The notes under the pieces: model-generated | The model's database searches: none | The model's input: only the letters and a program-made list of their open reading frames with translations | Told to the model about the DNA's origin: nothing | Program-made: the position numbers and the translations under genes | NCBI GenBank assembly: GCA_965215125.1 | Contig: OZ244052.1 | Location: 608,001-672,000 of the forward strand | DNA: 64,000 nucleotides | Direction: 5' to 3' | Source: an uncultured candidatus Porisulfidus sp. | GTDB taxonomy: Bacteria > Pseudomonadota > Gammaproteobacteria > Poriferisulfidales > Oxydemutatoraceae | Shown: positions 27,503 to 41,597 of the stretch, one piece after another | How the letters are laid out: each line of letters opens with the position of its first letter | How positions within the stretch are numbered: position 1 is the first letter of the stretch

Positions 27503-28658
27503 ATGGCAATGGCTAATCGGCAGATAGAAAATATCAACCCTCAAATTCTGCGTCAATGCCGAGAACAAATCGGATTGAGTATAGAACAAGCTGAAAAAAA
27601 AGCTGGATTGCGTACACTTGCCGGCATTGAAGCAGGTGAAAAATATCCCACCATTAAGCAAATTGAAAAGCTCGCTAAGCGATACCATGTACCAGCGTGG
27701 GTTTTTTTGAGGAGAAAACTACCTGCTAAATACCGCCTTGAAAATTTTGCATCTTATAGAAAATTCCGGAATAGTCCTATTAGCGGTTATGAAGTAAGGT
27801 CTGTAATAGCAAACGTGGAACGGTTCAGAGAATTGTTATTAGAATTCAGAGACGACATGGAAGAACCCGTACAACCTTTCTCGCCACCGCAAATAATGGA
27901 AAGTGACTTCAAAGCTACCGCAGAGATTACTCGCAAGTGGTTAGGATGTACGGATATGTCGTACCCACTTATTGAATGGAAGCGTATGCTTGAAGATAAT
28001 AATGTCTTCATTTTTACAACCAGCAAATACTCGAGCTGGTCAAAAGTTGAGCCTGATAAATTTCGAGGGCTGTCCGTATATTATGACACCTTACCGATTA
28101 TCGTCATCAATAACTCCGATACATATAAAGCACAATCATTTACATTGTTTCACGAGTTGGGACACTTACTTAAAAAACAAAGTGTTCTAGATGAGCAAAA
28201 AAAAAATAGAATTACAGGAAGACGAAGAAAAATGGTGCGATATGTTTGCCGGGGCGGTTTTGATGCCCGAGGAAGATTTTTTACGCGAAGTGGAAACATT
28301 CTCTCACGAGGAACCATTAGAAAAACAAATGAGACAAATCGAAAAACTGGCAAAAAAATTCCAGGTCAGTTCTTATGCTTTTTTAGTGAGAATGAAACAT
28401 CTAGATGTTATCACTCAACCACAATACAATGAACTTGAAAATCAGTTGAGAAAAAATTATCTTGCTTACAAAAACAAGCTACAAGGGGGAAGGATATCAA
28501 GAAATATAGTAAAAGAGGCTCTGGAGCAGTACGGCACTATTTACTCTAAGACGGTTGTGCAGATGTATCGAAATCAAGAAATCGATTTGCATAAATTTTG
28601 TAAATTGGTCGGGATCAAGAAAGTGTCGGATGCGTTGGAATTAGAAACCCTACTATGA
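27503..28658 (+). pseudogene. XRE-HTH + ImmA/IrrE metallopeptidase, frameshifted at an A10 tract
   Basis: HTH N-terminus and FTLFHELGH. The E.WCD.FAGAVLMP half lies in another frame; A10 at 28197-28206, and A9 would restore ~384 aa. Confidence 0.8.
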
Positions 28659-28696
28659 GTTATTGTATAGACACAAACGTGTTTATTACTGCTGCC
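28655..28696 (+). pseudogene. N-terminal remnant of PIN-like (DUF4411-type) gene
   Basis: ATGA overlap with the upstream stop. Encodes MSYCIDTNVFITA, then runs into repeat DNA. Confidence 0.6.
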
Positions 28697-28734
28697 CCCT
28701 CCTTCGGAGGGGAATTAGCTTGTGCAGACCCATT

Positions 28735-28897
28735 GGGGCTGTTGAAAAAGTACCGTTTTGCACAAATCCAATCGCTTTGCGCCACCCGATGATGGTTTCC
28801 ATATTTGACAACCACCCCGTCAGGCTGCGCCTGACACCCTTCCACAGGAGGGGAATGTACCGTCCCTGCAGTTTATGGATACTTTTTCAACAGTCCC
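28735..28897. mobile_element. MITE-like element with 18-bp terminal inverted repeats, containing a family B REP
   Basis: GGGGCTGTTGAAAAAGTA (28735-28752) and TACTTTTTCAACAGTCCC (28880-28897), 17/18 match. No transposase. A lone matching end lies at 45604-45617. Confidence 0.7.
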
Positions 28898-31663
<2,766 letters not shown>

Positions 31664-31664
<1 letters not shown>

Positions 31665-34600
31665 TACCCGCTTGCCATTTTCACCGCTTCTTCAACATTG
31701 ACCGAAACCAACCTAGAAATGCCCGGTTCCGCCATCGTAACACCGATCAAAGCACTGACGCTTTCCATCGTCAAGCGGCTATGGGTAATAACCATAAATT
31801 GTACTTTCTCACTCATATCGTCTATCAGCTTGCAAAAATTTAATATATTATTTTCGTCCAACGGCGCATCTACTTCGTCCAATATACAAAAAGGGGCGGG
31901 TCTTAACTCAAAAATAGCGAATACCACCGCAAGTGCCGACAATGCTTTCTCTCCTCCCGATAACAAGCGTATGGAGGATAATTTTTTGCCCGGCGGGTAT
32001 ACCATGATCGACACACCGCTCTCCAGCCAGTTTTGTTCCACCAATTCTAAGCGTGCATAACCACCGTTGAACAGCCGCTTGAAGATAGCACCGAGCTTAT
32101 CGTTGATCTGCTCGAAGGTATTTTTGAATTTTTCTTTGCTCTCGCGATCGATCTTGCTAATTGCTTGCCGTATAGACTCGAGTGCCGAAACCAGGTCTTG
32201 ATTTTGATTGTCTAAATACGATTTGCGTTCGTTCAATTCTTCAAATTCTTCTATCGCAATCAGATTGATGGAACCCATACGGCTGATTTTCTGTTCCACC
32301 TTTTCGAGATCGGTACGAACCTGTGTTATATCTTCGGTTGCCTCGCTATTGACAAGTTGTTCCGGCGCCGAATCGACATCCGACAGTTTCTGTCGTAAGT
32401 CGTTGCAACGCGCCACCGCTGCTTGGTGTGAACCATGCCGTTGTTCGTGCTGTGCTTGCATATTTTCTCTAGCTTCATGCAACGATTTATGTTGTGCTTC
32501 CAATTCGTGTATTTGTGATTGGCTATCCTTTAGTGTTGTATTACATTCGGAAATCGTTGCTTCGAGTTCCTCTCTTCGGTTGATCAATCCTTGAATCTCC
32601 GCTTGCCGTTGAGCAATGGGTTCACGCGAGTTTTGTGTAGCCGCCTTCATCGCTTCGCGTTGATGTATTAAATCGGTGCGTTGTTGCCGGTTCTGTTCCA
32701 ACGCTTCGTCCAAGCCTTTGAGTTCGGTAATCAAAGAATGTTGCTCTATTTCTATTTCGTGGAGTTGCCGTTGTTGTTCGGAGATCCGATTTCTAGTTGC
32801 CGCAACCGCTTCTTCGCTTTCTACACGCTGTTGCTCAAGCACACTACCGCTACTGTCGTGTCCGGATGCCAGAGCCGTAGCTTGTTCGTAATCCTTTTGC
32901 AATGCCTCGCTCTGTTTACGCATATCGGTTTCTCGTTCGCTCAACCGATTCAATTCACTGTCTAGATTTTGCATTAAATCGTTTTCTTGTTTAATCTTGA
33001 TTTCGGTTTGCTGCATTTGTAATTTAATATCGGAGATATCATTCATACAAGTTTGAAGTTTGAGGCGTGTTTGCTCGCGTCCTTCTTCACAAACCTGCAA
33101 GCGATTACGCAACGACGATGTTTGCGCCTGTAAATCGTTTACTTTTTTATCCGCAGTTGTGATCTCGCTTTGTAGTTGTTCTATTTCGCGGCGTCTGGAC
33201 AACATTCCGTTGTGTTCGTAGTTTCTGTGCAGTTGCATCCAGTGCTTGCCTAGCCATAGACCTCCGGCGGTTATCAATGATTCGTGGGAGGCAAGCCGAG
33301 CCCGTCGTTGCATTGCGAGTTCCGAATTATCCGCTATATAAATATGAGCCAATAAAGCCTGTATTGCAGTGCTGTTTTTGATTTTAGTAGCAAGAGAGTC
33401 TTGCGGTATATCGGCAGGTGGCATGGCGGGTTCAATCATCGTCAATCGCCCGGACTTTATTTCCGAGGAAGTCTTTATATAGTTATCGAGCGCGTCTACT
33501 TCCATGCCACTTAGCTTATAACCGAGCACCTGCTCTACGGCTTTCTCCCAACCCGCTTCTACCTCTAAATAGTCCACCACTTTTTTGACATCGGATAGAC
33601 TATTTTTTTGCAGCCAATCGGTAAAACCTTCAGGTGCTTGTTCCGCTTCCTCTTCTTGTAATGCTTTCAGCGATGCGAGTCTGCCGCGTAGATTCTGCAC
33701 ATAAATACCGGCTTCGTGGGTATCTTTCAGAGTACCGTCGATTTGAGATTGCAGTTTCACAGCCTCGTCGGTATGATCCCGAATGCCTTGCTCGTGTAGT
33801 GATAAAGTTTGTTCTAAAGTTTGCAGTTCGTGCTGTTCTTGTTTGAGTTGCGCTTTTGCCGTATCCGGTTTTATCGCTGCCCGCCGTTCGGTTATTTCCG
33901 ATATTCGGCTTTGTATATTATCAAGTCCTTTGACGCAATAGTCTATCTTGACGCGATAGACCTCTACGTTATCCAACACTTCCTTGCCGCTGCTATGGTG
34001 GCTATCCCATTCAAATCTCAGTTGACTTTGCTTTTGTTCCGCCTCGTTAAGTTGCCGTTGGTACGTTGCCATCTTATCGTTTGCTTGTACGATACTCTGT
34101 TCCACAGTTTGTAGTTTCTGCCGTAATTGTGCCCTCCTTCGCTCCTGCTCTTGATCGCGAGTTTCGCATTTTTGTATTGCTTGTTCTATCGCTTCCTGCT
34201 CTTGAGAAAGTTGCTCTGCATTTTTACGGCGGTTTGCGATATCTTGCTCTATGCCGGCGATCTCTGTGTTGAGCGCGTAGAAACGTTCACGGGTTTGATT
34301 GAGCTTTTCGTTCCATTCGTCTTGCGCTAAACGGAGTTCCTGTGTTCGGGTTTCCGATGTGGTAATCTCGGTTTGATTGCTTTCCAATTTCAACCGTAAT
34401 TCGGACAGCTGCTTTTCGTGATTCAGACGTTGTTCGTCGTATTGACGATATTCCAAAACAAGCACCCGAATACTTAATTTATGTTGTGCGTCTTTTAACT
34501 TCTTAAATCTTTCGGCATCCCCGGCCTGTCGTTTAAGTTTCCTCAGCTGCTTATCGATCTCTTCGCAAATGTCCCGTACTCGTGCAAGATTTTCACGGGT

Positions 34601-35155
34601 ATGACGCATCCGAGTTTCGGCATCTCGCTTACGATCGCGATATTTAGATATACCGGCGACTTCTTCTATATAAAGTCGCATCTCGTCGGGTTTAGCTTCT
34701 ATGATACGGGAAATCATCCCCTGTTCTATAATGGCATAGCCGTGTGTGCCTAAACCGGTGTTTGCAAAAATGTCGTGTATGTCGCGCCGACGACATCGTG
34801 TGTTGTTTATAAAGTACTTGGACTCTCTGTTACGATCGACGCGACGGCGTATTGAAATCTGATTATACGAAGCGTATTGTCCGCCGGCGGTATTATCGGT
34901 GTTGTCGAATAATAATTCTACCGAAGACAAGCCCATCGCCTTGCGGGCACCGGTGCCGCTAAAAATAACGTCATCTGCATAAGCCGCCCGCACCTCTCGT
35001 GCATCGTGTCCCAATGCCCAACTCACCGCATCGACGATATTGGATTTACCACAGCCGTTAGGACCCACGATGGCGGTAACATTTGATAGAATATCAATTG
35101 TGACTTGATCGGGAAAAGACTTAAACCCCGCTAATTTTATCTTTTCAAGTTTCAT
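31664..35155 (-). CDS. smc: Chromosome segregation protein SMC
   Basis: GFKSF, GPNGCGKSN, coiled coils, LSGGEK, LDEVDAPLD. Confidence 0.97.
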
Positions 35156-35194
35156 TTTCGTTGTATTAAAATAGATACCTAAAGGTTAAGAATT

Positions 35195-35590
35195 ATGTCG
35201 TATCGCAAGCCCACCAAAAATATAGAAACTTTTGACAACCCTAGAGTTGACCGTGATTATACCATTGATATAGATATTCCCGAGTTTACCTGCTTATGCC
35301 CGCTAAGCGGACAGCCTGATTTCGCTCATTTGTATCTGAGCTATATACCCGATAAATCGTGTATAGAACTAAAGAGCCTAAAAAACTATATATGGACTTT
35401 CAGGGATCGGCCGGCATTTCACGAAGCGGTCAGCAACGAGATTTTAGATCACCTCCGCTCGGCAATCGAACCTCGGTTTATGAGACTTATCGCAGACTTT
35501 AACGTGCGCGGCGGTATACAAACTTCGGTGACGGTAGAACATTGTCAAGATGGCTATGTACCCTCCACAAACCAATCTCGTATAGAATAA
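35195..35590 (+). CDS. queF: 7-cyano-7-deazaguanine reductase (short type)
   Basis: [30 protein letters not shown]. Confidence 0.93.
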   Translation: MSYRKPTKNIETFDNPRVDRDYTIDIDIPEFTCLCPLSGQPDFAHLYLSYIPDKSCIELKSLKNYIWTFRDRPAFHEAVSNEILDHLRSAIEPRFMRLIADFNVRGGIQTSVTVEHCQDGYVPSTNQSRIE

Positions 35591-35597
35591 CCACGAT

Positions 35598-35674
35598 GCC
35601 CCTGTAGCTCAGTTGGATAGAGCAACGCTCTCCTAAAGCGTGGGTCGGATGTTCGAATCATCTCAGGGGCACCA
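35598..35674 (+). tRNA. tRNA-Arg(CCT)
   Basis: Acceptor stem GCCCCTG/CAGGGGC, anticodon loop CT-CCT-AA, GTTCGAATC, encoded CCA. Confidence 0.95.
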
Positions 35675-35737
35675 TAGAACCGCCGATTAACCTACCGGCG
35701 CAAATGGCGGTTCCACTCGGTGATAATCGGCGGTTCT
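35675..35737 (+). repeat. Structured repeat family A, degenerate copy abutting the tRNA CCA
   Basis: TAGAACCGCCGATTAACCTACCGGC...TAATCGGCGGTTCT. Confidence 0.75.
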
Positions 35738-35774
35738 GTGCTACTATATGTATCTTAAATATGGAGTATCCGAG

Positions 35775-36113
35775 ATGGCAGAACAAAATTTAGTATTCAC
35801 CGAAGCGGCTGCTACTAAAGTAAAGCATTTAATAGAAGAAGAGAAAAACGACAAATTGAAGTTGCGTGTTTTTATAACCGGCGGCGGTTGCTCCGGTTTT
35901 CAATACGGCTTTACTTTTGACGAGAACCTTCAAGAAGGCGACGCTTCGTTCGAAAAATGTGGTGTTACCTTATTGGTAGACCCGATGAGCTATCAGTACC
36001 TAAGGGGTGCCGAAATTGACTATAGCGAAGGTTTAGAAGGAGCGCAATTCGTTATCCGCAATCCGAATGCGGCAACGACCTGTGGTTGCGGTTCGTCTTT
36101 CTCGCCCGCTTAA
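35775..36113 (+). CDS. erpA: Fe-S cluster insertion protein ErpA
   Basis: [30 protein letters not shown]. Confidence 0.95.
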   Translation: MAEQNLVFTEAAATKVKHLIEEEKNDKLKLRVFITGGGCSGFQYGFTFDENLQEGDASFEKCGVTLLVDPMSYQYLRGAEIDYSEGLEGAQFVIRNPNAATTCGCGSSFSPA

Positions 36114-36121
36114 ATAGTATT

Positions 36122-37228
36122 TTATGCTTGCCGGGTGCGGTAAATAGCACCCGATAATGTCGCCTCACGCGCCCCCGTAAGCGACGAAATGATCCCATTA
36201 CGATTTTCTATACGCCGCTTGGCAAGCCACGCAAACAATATCGCTTCAACCCAATCCGGATCGACACCTCTATCCGCTGTGCTTATGACATTCATTCGTG
36301 TATGTCTGCGTAAGCAATCTATTAAATGCTTATTGTGTACTCCGCCACCGCAAACCAGCACTTCGTCGTTTTCGGTAATATACGCTTTGAGTGCATCGGC
36401 AATCGTAATCGCAGTAAATTCCACTAAAGTTGCCGCGATATTACCGAGGCTCGGCGGGTCACTTTCTTTGATATAACCCTCCAACCAATCTAGAGAAAAA
36501 TAACCTGTGCAAGTACTTTTAGGCGGAGTTTTAACAAAAAAAGGATCTGCCAACATAGCCTGCAACAGTTCCGTGTCGGGAACATGAGAAGCAGCCCATT
36601 GACCGTCGTAGTCGTAACCTTGATCATTATGTTTTCGACACCAAGCATCCAGCAAACAATTCCCGGGGCCGGTATCAAAGCCAGCGATTATTTGCTGCCC
36701 GTCCAGCACGGTGATATTGGCAATCCCGCCTATGTTGACGACTGCCTGTTTTTTATCGGCTTCTGCAAATAGTTGTGCGTGCAGTGTTGGAGCTAGAGGG
36801 GCACCTTGCCCCCCTGCAGCGATATCGGCTCGCCGAAAATCTGCAACAACAGTGATCCCGGTTTGATAAGCAACAACATTCGGATCGGCAATCTGTAGTG
36901 TCAAAGGAGTTTCATTTCCGGTGTCGTGCAAAATCGTCTGCCCGTGCAATCCTATCGCCGCAACCGCTTCACTCGGAAGTTTTTGACGGGCTATAAAATC
37001 ATTGATGCAATCGGCAAATAATTTTCCGAATGTATAATCTAATTGCACATATTCCGACAAACGACACGCAACAGACTGCATGCGTTTTGCTTGTGCGATT
37101 AAACCTTCGGCAATCGGGTAGTTTGCATGCGCCGACAACAAAGGATACTCAACGGAGAAATCAACCGCAGCGATATCAATCGCATCCATGCTGGTTCCGG
37201 ACAATGCGCCTATAAACACCTCGTTCAT
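36122..37228 (-). CDS. anmK: Anhydro-N-acetylmuramic acid kinase
   Basis: SGTSMDAID, HGQT, DFRRAD.AAGGQGAPLAP, FDTGPGN, VEA..FAWLA. Confidence 0.93.
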   Translation of the reverse strand: MNEVFIGALSGTSMDAIDIAAVDFSVEYPLLSAHANYPIAEGLIAQAKRMQSVACRLSEYVQLDYTFGKLFADCINDFIARQKLPSEAVAAIGLHGQTILHDTGNETPLTLQIADPNVVAYQTGITVVADFRRADIAAGGQGAPLAPTLHAQLFAEADKKQAVVNIGGIANITVLDGQQIIAGFDTGPGNCLLDAWCRKHNDQGYDYDGQWAASHVPDTELLQAMLADPFFVKTPPKSTCTGYFSLDWLEGYIKESDPPSLGNIAATLVEFTAITIADALKAYITENDEVLVCGGGVHNKHLIDCLRRHTRMNVISTADRGVDPDWVEAILFAWLAKRRIENRNGIISSLTGAREATLSGAIYRTRQA

Positions 37229-37251
37229 AACCGTCAAAGTGTCCGCAGCTG

Positions 37252-38709
37252 CTAAGGATTTTTGCCGGCTATATAAGCGTCGTCCAAAAGATGCAGTTTT
37301 TCTATAATAGGTTTGATATGCTTGTTAAAGCGGGGCAACTCCGATTTTGCCAGCGGCACGGCATCCGGTAATTTTACGGTCAACGGATTTTTATGTACGC
37401 CGTTAACTCTAAACTCATAATGCAGATGCGGTCCTGTTGAAAGACCGGTTGAACCCACATAACCGACAACCTGTCCTTGTTTAACCCAAGAACCTATGCG
37501 TTGCCTATCGGCAAACTTTGAAAGGTGCGCATAAAGCGTGCTGTAACCACCACCGTGTCGTAGGACAACGGTATTACCGTAACCGCTATAAAATTGGCGT
37601 ATAGAAATTCTTCCGTCTCCCGAAGCCCGTACCGGTGTCCCTCGTCTCGCCGCGTAATCTACACCTTTATGGGCGCGTACTCTATGAAGTATGGGGTGCA
37701 CACGCATAGGGTTAAAACGCGAGCTGATATAGGCAAACTCAAGCGGGTTTCGCAAAAAAGCCTTGCGCACCTTCCGCCCGTCGAGAAAATAGTAATCGGT
37801 GTATTCCTCGGAGTCGGTATAACGAACGATGCGATAATCCTTGCCATTATTCGTGAAGCGCAAAGCAAGTATAGGACCGTCGTCTATTTTCTTGCTACCG
37901 ACGTAGCTCTCGTAATAAATAACCGAAAAATTATCTCCTTTGCGTATATCGTAGGCAAAATCTATATCCCATTCCATGATATTGGCAATAGAAATAATCA
38001 GTTTGTCGGATAAACCTATACGCTTTGCAGATAAGTATAAAGAATCGGTAATTTCGACGGTGGCGTGTGTTTCTAACTTCTCAATTTCCAATATCTCTTC
38101 GCCGATTTCATAGCTACCGTCTTCTTGTAAGCTAATTTTATAACTCTGCAAAGGTGATATTTGATAATCGATCTCCGATAAAACTTCGTTCTTTTTCGTG
38201 AATATTATTTTTCGGCCTGCTACCAAAGAATTAAAAGGTCCTAATTTTTTGTTACTTTCCATAAGTTTTCTGATCACGCTATAGTTTCCGTACTCTTCCA
38301 GTATATGCGAGAAAGTCTCACCTGTTTTAATGGTATGCGAATATACGATATCGGGCTTGGGTTCGGTAAATATTTCCGATGATTCCGGCAAGACAGGTTG
38401 TGCAAATGCCAAAGTCGCAGTGTCACTCGCTTGTTCTGCCGTATATAGGGTTTGTTCCTCTGCCGGTGGTTCCACTATGTCCGACAAGCCGCCTCCCATT
38501 GCCGGTGTGGGACCCATTATGTTCGGCCATGCTTCTACCGATTTATTATTGAGCAAAGCGAGGAATGTATGCTCCTCAACATTGGATTCCGATGAATTCA
38601 TAGCAAGTATGAATACGGTTAGAGACAGTAACAGCATAAGCGTAATAAAAAATTTTGTTGCGCCTTTGTCCTTTGGGTGCCGATGCTGTAGAATTTGCTT
38701 ATTAATCAT
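37252..38709 (-). CDS. Peptidoglycan DD-endopeptidase, M23 family (MepM-like)
   Basis: N-terminal TM, HKGVDYAA, YAHLS, TGPHLHYE; typical anmK-M23-tyrS context. Confidence 0.9.
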   Translation of the reverse strand: MINKQILQHRHPKDKGATKFFITLMLLLSLTVFILAMNSSESNVEEHTFLALLNNKSVEAWPNIMGPTPAMGGGLSDIVEPPAEEQTLYTAEQASDTATLAFAQPVLPESSEIFTEPKPDIVYSHTIKTGETFSHILEEYGNYSVIRKLMESNKKLGPFNSLVAGRKIIFTKKNEVLSEIDYQISPLQSYKISLQEDGSYEIGEEILEIEKLETHATVEITDSLYLSAKRIGLSDKLIISIANIMEWDIDFAYDIRKGDNFSVIYYESYVGSKKIDDGPILALRFTNNGKDYRIVRYTDSEEYTDYYFLDGRKVRKAFLRNPLEFAYISSRFNPMRVHPILHRVRAHKGVDYAARRGTPVRASGDGRISIRQFYSGYGNTVVLRHGGGYSTLYAHLSKFADRQRIGSWVKQGQVVGYVGSTGLSTGPHLHYEFRVNGVHKNPLTVKLPDAVPLAKSELPRFNKHIKPIIEKLHLLDDAYIAGKNP

Positions 38710-38747
38710 TAGACCGAATAATTTTTTTTAGATTATAACAGAGAACG

Positions 38748-39941
38748 ATGGATATTAAAGAATTATTGCGCGGGACCGAGGAAATCATATTACTTGAGGA
38801 ACTGAAACAGCGTCTTAAACTTAATAGACCTTTGGTCGTAAAAGCAGGTTTTGATCCGACTGCTCCCGATTTACACTTGGGGCACACCGTGTTAATTAAT
38901 AAGCTACGGTATTTCCAAAACCACGGACATATCGTAAAGTTCCTCGTCGGAGATTTTACTGCGCTAATCGGCGATCCGTCGGGCCGAAATGTAACCCGCA
39001 AACCTATGTCTGCAGAGCAGATTAAAGAAAACGCAGAGAGTTACAAAAAGCAGATCTATAAGATACTTGATCCCGACAAAACAGAAATTCTTTTTAATTC
39101 TCAATGGCTCGGGAAGTTGTCGGCAGCGGAAATAGTCAAACTATCCGCCAAACACACGGTCGCCCGGATGATGGAGCGCGACGACTTCAAAAAACGTTAT
39201 AGCAAAGAACACGCCATAGGCATCCATGAGTTTTTGTACCCGCTATTTCAAGGTTACGACTCGGTTGAATTGAAGGCCGATATAGAACTCGGCGGCACCG
39301 ATCAAAAATTCAATCTACTGGTAGGCAGGGAACTACAAAAAGATTGGGGACTCGCACCGCAGATTGTTATCACGATGCCTATCCTAGAAGGGTTGGACGG
39401 CAAACAAAAAATGTCCAAATCGCTGAAGAACTATATCGGTATTGCCGAATCACACAAAGAAATGTACGGGAAACTGATGTCCGTCTCGGATCAATTAATG
39501 TGGCGTTATTTTGAGCTATTGAGCTTTAAGTCTAAAACGGAAATTGATGATTTGAGGAAATCGGTAGTCGACGGAGTAAATCCGAGAGATATTAAAATGA
39601 CGCTAGCCGAAGAGATCGTCGCTCGTTTTCACGACAAAGCCACTGCCATTGAAGCCAAAACCGATTTTCTGGCGCGCTTCAGCCGCGGACAAATACCCGA
39701 CGATATTGAACATTGCAAAGTTCATGTTAACAGCGACAGCCTAACCCTTCCCAAATTATTAAAAGAATCGTCTATGATGCGCTCTACTTCGGAAGCCAAT
39801 CGCATGATTGCACAAGGTGCCGTGCGTATAGACGGGGTCAAGGTAATATCTAGGGATGTTCATATCAAGGTAGGAACCGAGCATATATATCAAGTCGGCA
39901 AACGTAATTTCCGTCGTATCCTACTGTGCAGAAGCCGATAG
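38748..39941 (+). CDS. tyrS: Tyrosine--tRNA ligase
   Basis: [19 protein letters not shown]4 domain. Confidence 0.97.
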   Translation: MDIKELLRGTEEIILLEELKQRLKLNRPLVVKAGFDPTAPDLHLGHTVLINKLRYFQNHGHIVKFLVGDFTALIGDPSGRNVTRKPMSAEQIKENAESYKKQIYKILDPDKTEILFNSQWLGKLSAAEIVKLSAKHTVARMMERDDFKKRYSKEHAIGIHEFLYPLFQGYDSVELKADIELGGTDQKFNLLVGRELQKDWGLAPQIVITMPILEGLDGKQKMSKSLKNYIGIAESHKEMYGKLMSVSDQLMWRYFELLSFKSKTEIDDLRKSVVDGVNPRDIKMTLAEEIVARFHDKATAIEAKTDFLARFSRGQIPDDIEHCKVHVNSDSLTLPKLLKESSMMRSTSEANRMIAQGAVRIDGVKVISRDVHIKVGTEHIYQVGKRNFRRILLCRSR

Positions 39942-39969
39942 TCTATAGACATCGGATATTATCGTACAA

Positions 39970-40704
39970 ATGATTATTTCACACAAGCTAAAAGTCATCT
40001 ATATAAAACTAATCAAAGTTGCAGGCACATCGTTTGAACTAGCCTTATCAAAATACTGTGGCCCCGACGACATTCTCACACCAATAAAAGGAGGCGGTCA
40101 GAAATATCGGAAATCTTCAGGACTTCCTGAAGCACAAAATTATATGGACTCCGAAACACAGACACCCAAGTTTGTAAACCATACTTCTGCAAAGGAAATA
40201 AAAAGATTGGTAGCGGAACCTATTTGGAACGATTATCTAAAAGTTGCAACCATTCGTTGCCCTTATGATATGTTAATATCGGGATACTATTTTTTTAACG
40301 GTAGGGGAAAAAGAGCAGAAAAGGGATTCTTTGAAAAATATGTGGCTGAAACTAATCGAGAATTCAAGCCAATATATGGTCTGCACAAAAATGGAGAAAT
40401 ATTAGCAGATTTTTTAATCAGATACGAATACCTAGAGGAATATATAAAAGAACTGGAGGCAAAAATAGGTTGCCCCGAACTTCTAGAAACATTTCAAAGT
40501 ATCACTGCCAAACAAAATGTACGTTATAAAGAGAAGGCATCCAGTTGTGAGATATATTCTAAATATCCGAATGCAAAATTAATAATAGACCAACGATGTT
40601 CCGAACTGGCCGACGAGTATGAATTCTTCCAAAAATACTGGCCTCTATATAAATCCGATTTGGAAAAAGCTATGCAAAACTACGCCTCAGACACCCCACA
40701 ATAG
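39970..40704 (+). CDS. Sulfotransferase family 2-like protein
   Basis: MIISH..K.I.IK..KVAGTSFE, H..A..I, R.PYD...S.YY, IRYE.L. AT-rich. Confidence 0.65.
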   Translation: MIISHKLKVIYIKLIKVAGTSFELALSKYCGPDDILTPIKGGGQKYRKSSGLPEAQNYMDSETQTPKFVNHTSAKEIKRLVAEPIWNDYLKVATIRCPYDMLISGYYFFNGRGKRAEKGFFEKYVAETNREFKPIYGLHKNGEILADFLIRYEYLEEYIKELEAKIGCPELLETFQSITAKQNVRYKEKASSCEIYSKYPNAKLIIDQRCSELADEYEFFQKYWPLYKSDLEKAMQNYASDTPQ

Positions 40705-40756
40705 TTGCACGATACGACGCACTGCATTACCTTTGAAAACAATCTTTAATATTCAA

Positions 40757-40782
40757 CTTGAAAGCGACAAAACCACCTATAT
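40757..40782 (+). promoter_or_regulatory. Putative sigma32 promoter of grpE
   Basis: CTTGAAA...CACCTATAT resembles CTTGAA-N13/14-CCCCATNT. Confidence 0.55.
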
Positions 40783-40825
40783 AGTAGTAGGCAAACATCG
40801 TTAATATTAAAAAGGAACCACATAA

Positions 40826-41536
40826 ATGGAAGACACAAAATCATCCTCTGATGAACAGGTCGAAAATCAACCTGAAACAAACGATTGCAACAAGGCTAAT
40901 CCGCACAAGCAGCCACAGAAAGGTGCGGATCTAAAAAAACAACAAAACCCGGAGACGCTGACCCAACCCGAACCCGATTTCACCTCCGAAATAAAGAAAC
41001 TGGAGGATCAAATAGCGGAATATTATGACCAATTAATGCGTAGTCGCGCCGAATTAGAAAATTTCAAGAAACGCACGGAACGAGAAATCACACAAATACG
41101 TAATTATGCCAACGAGCAATTCGCAATCGAACTACTAGCAATCAAAGATAGTTTGGAAATGGGTTTGCAGGTCGATATCAAGGAGGATAACAAAAAACTA
41201 CACGAAGGTATAGAGTTGACATTAAAACTACTCCAACAGACTTTTGAAAAATTCGGAATCAAAGAAATTAATCCCGAGGGAGAGATTTTTAATCCGGAAC
41301 ACCACCAAGCCATGATGACACAAACCGATACAACTAAACCACCCAATACGATATTAAATGTGTTACAGAAAGGCTACTTGATGAACGACCGTCTGTTGAG
41401 GCCGGCAATGGTCTGCGTCTCCAGTCAACCCGAAGCATCAACGCCCTCGGAAAATCCGACTTCGGAGAAGCAAGCCGAGGAAAAAGCCGAAAACACAGTA
41501 AAAAATACAAAAAACAAAGTTAAAACAAGCTCGTAA
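40826..41536 (+). CDS. grpE: Nucleotide exchange factor GrpE
   Basis: R..AE.EN.KKR, FNPEHHQA, QKGY..NDRLLRPAMV.VS. Confidence 0.95.
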   Translation: MEDTKSSSDEQVENQPETNDCNKANPHKQPQKGADLKKQQNPETLTQPEPDFTSEIKKLEDQIAEYYDQLMRSRAELENFKKRTEREITQIRNYANEQFAIELLAIKDSLEMGLQVDIKEDNKKLHEGIELTLKLLQQTFEKFGIKEINPEGEIFNPEHHQAMMTQTDTTKPPNTILNVLQKGYLMNDRLLRPAMVCVSSQPEASTPSENPTSEKQAEEKAENTVKNTKNKVKTSS

Positions 41537-41537
41537 C

Positions 41538-41563
41538 CTTGAAAGTTTGATTTAAGCCCATAT
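41538..41563 (+). promoter_or_regulatory. Putative sigma32 promoter of dnaK
   Basis: CTTGAAA-gtttgatttaa-GCCCATAT. Confidence 0.65.
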
Positions 41564-41597
41564 TTAGGTTCATTATTCAATATGGAGAAAAGCGAAC

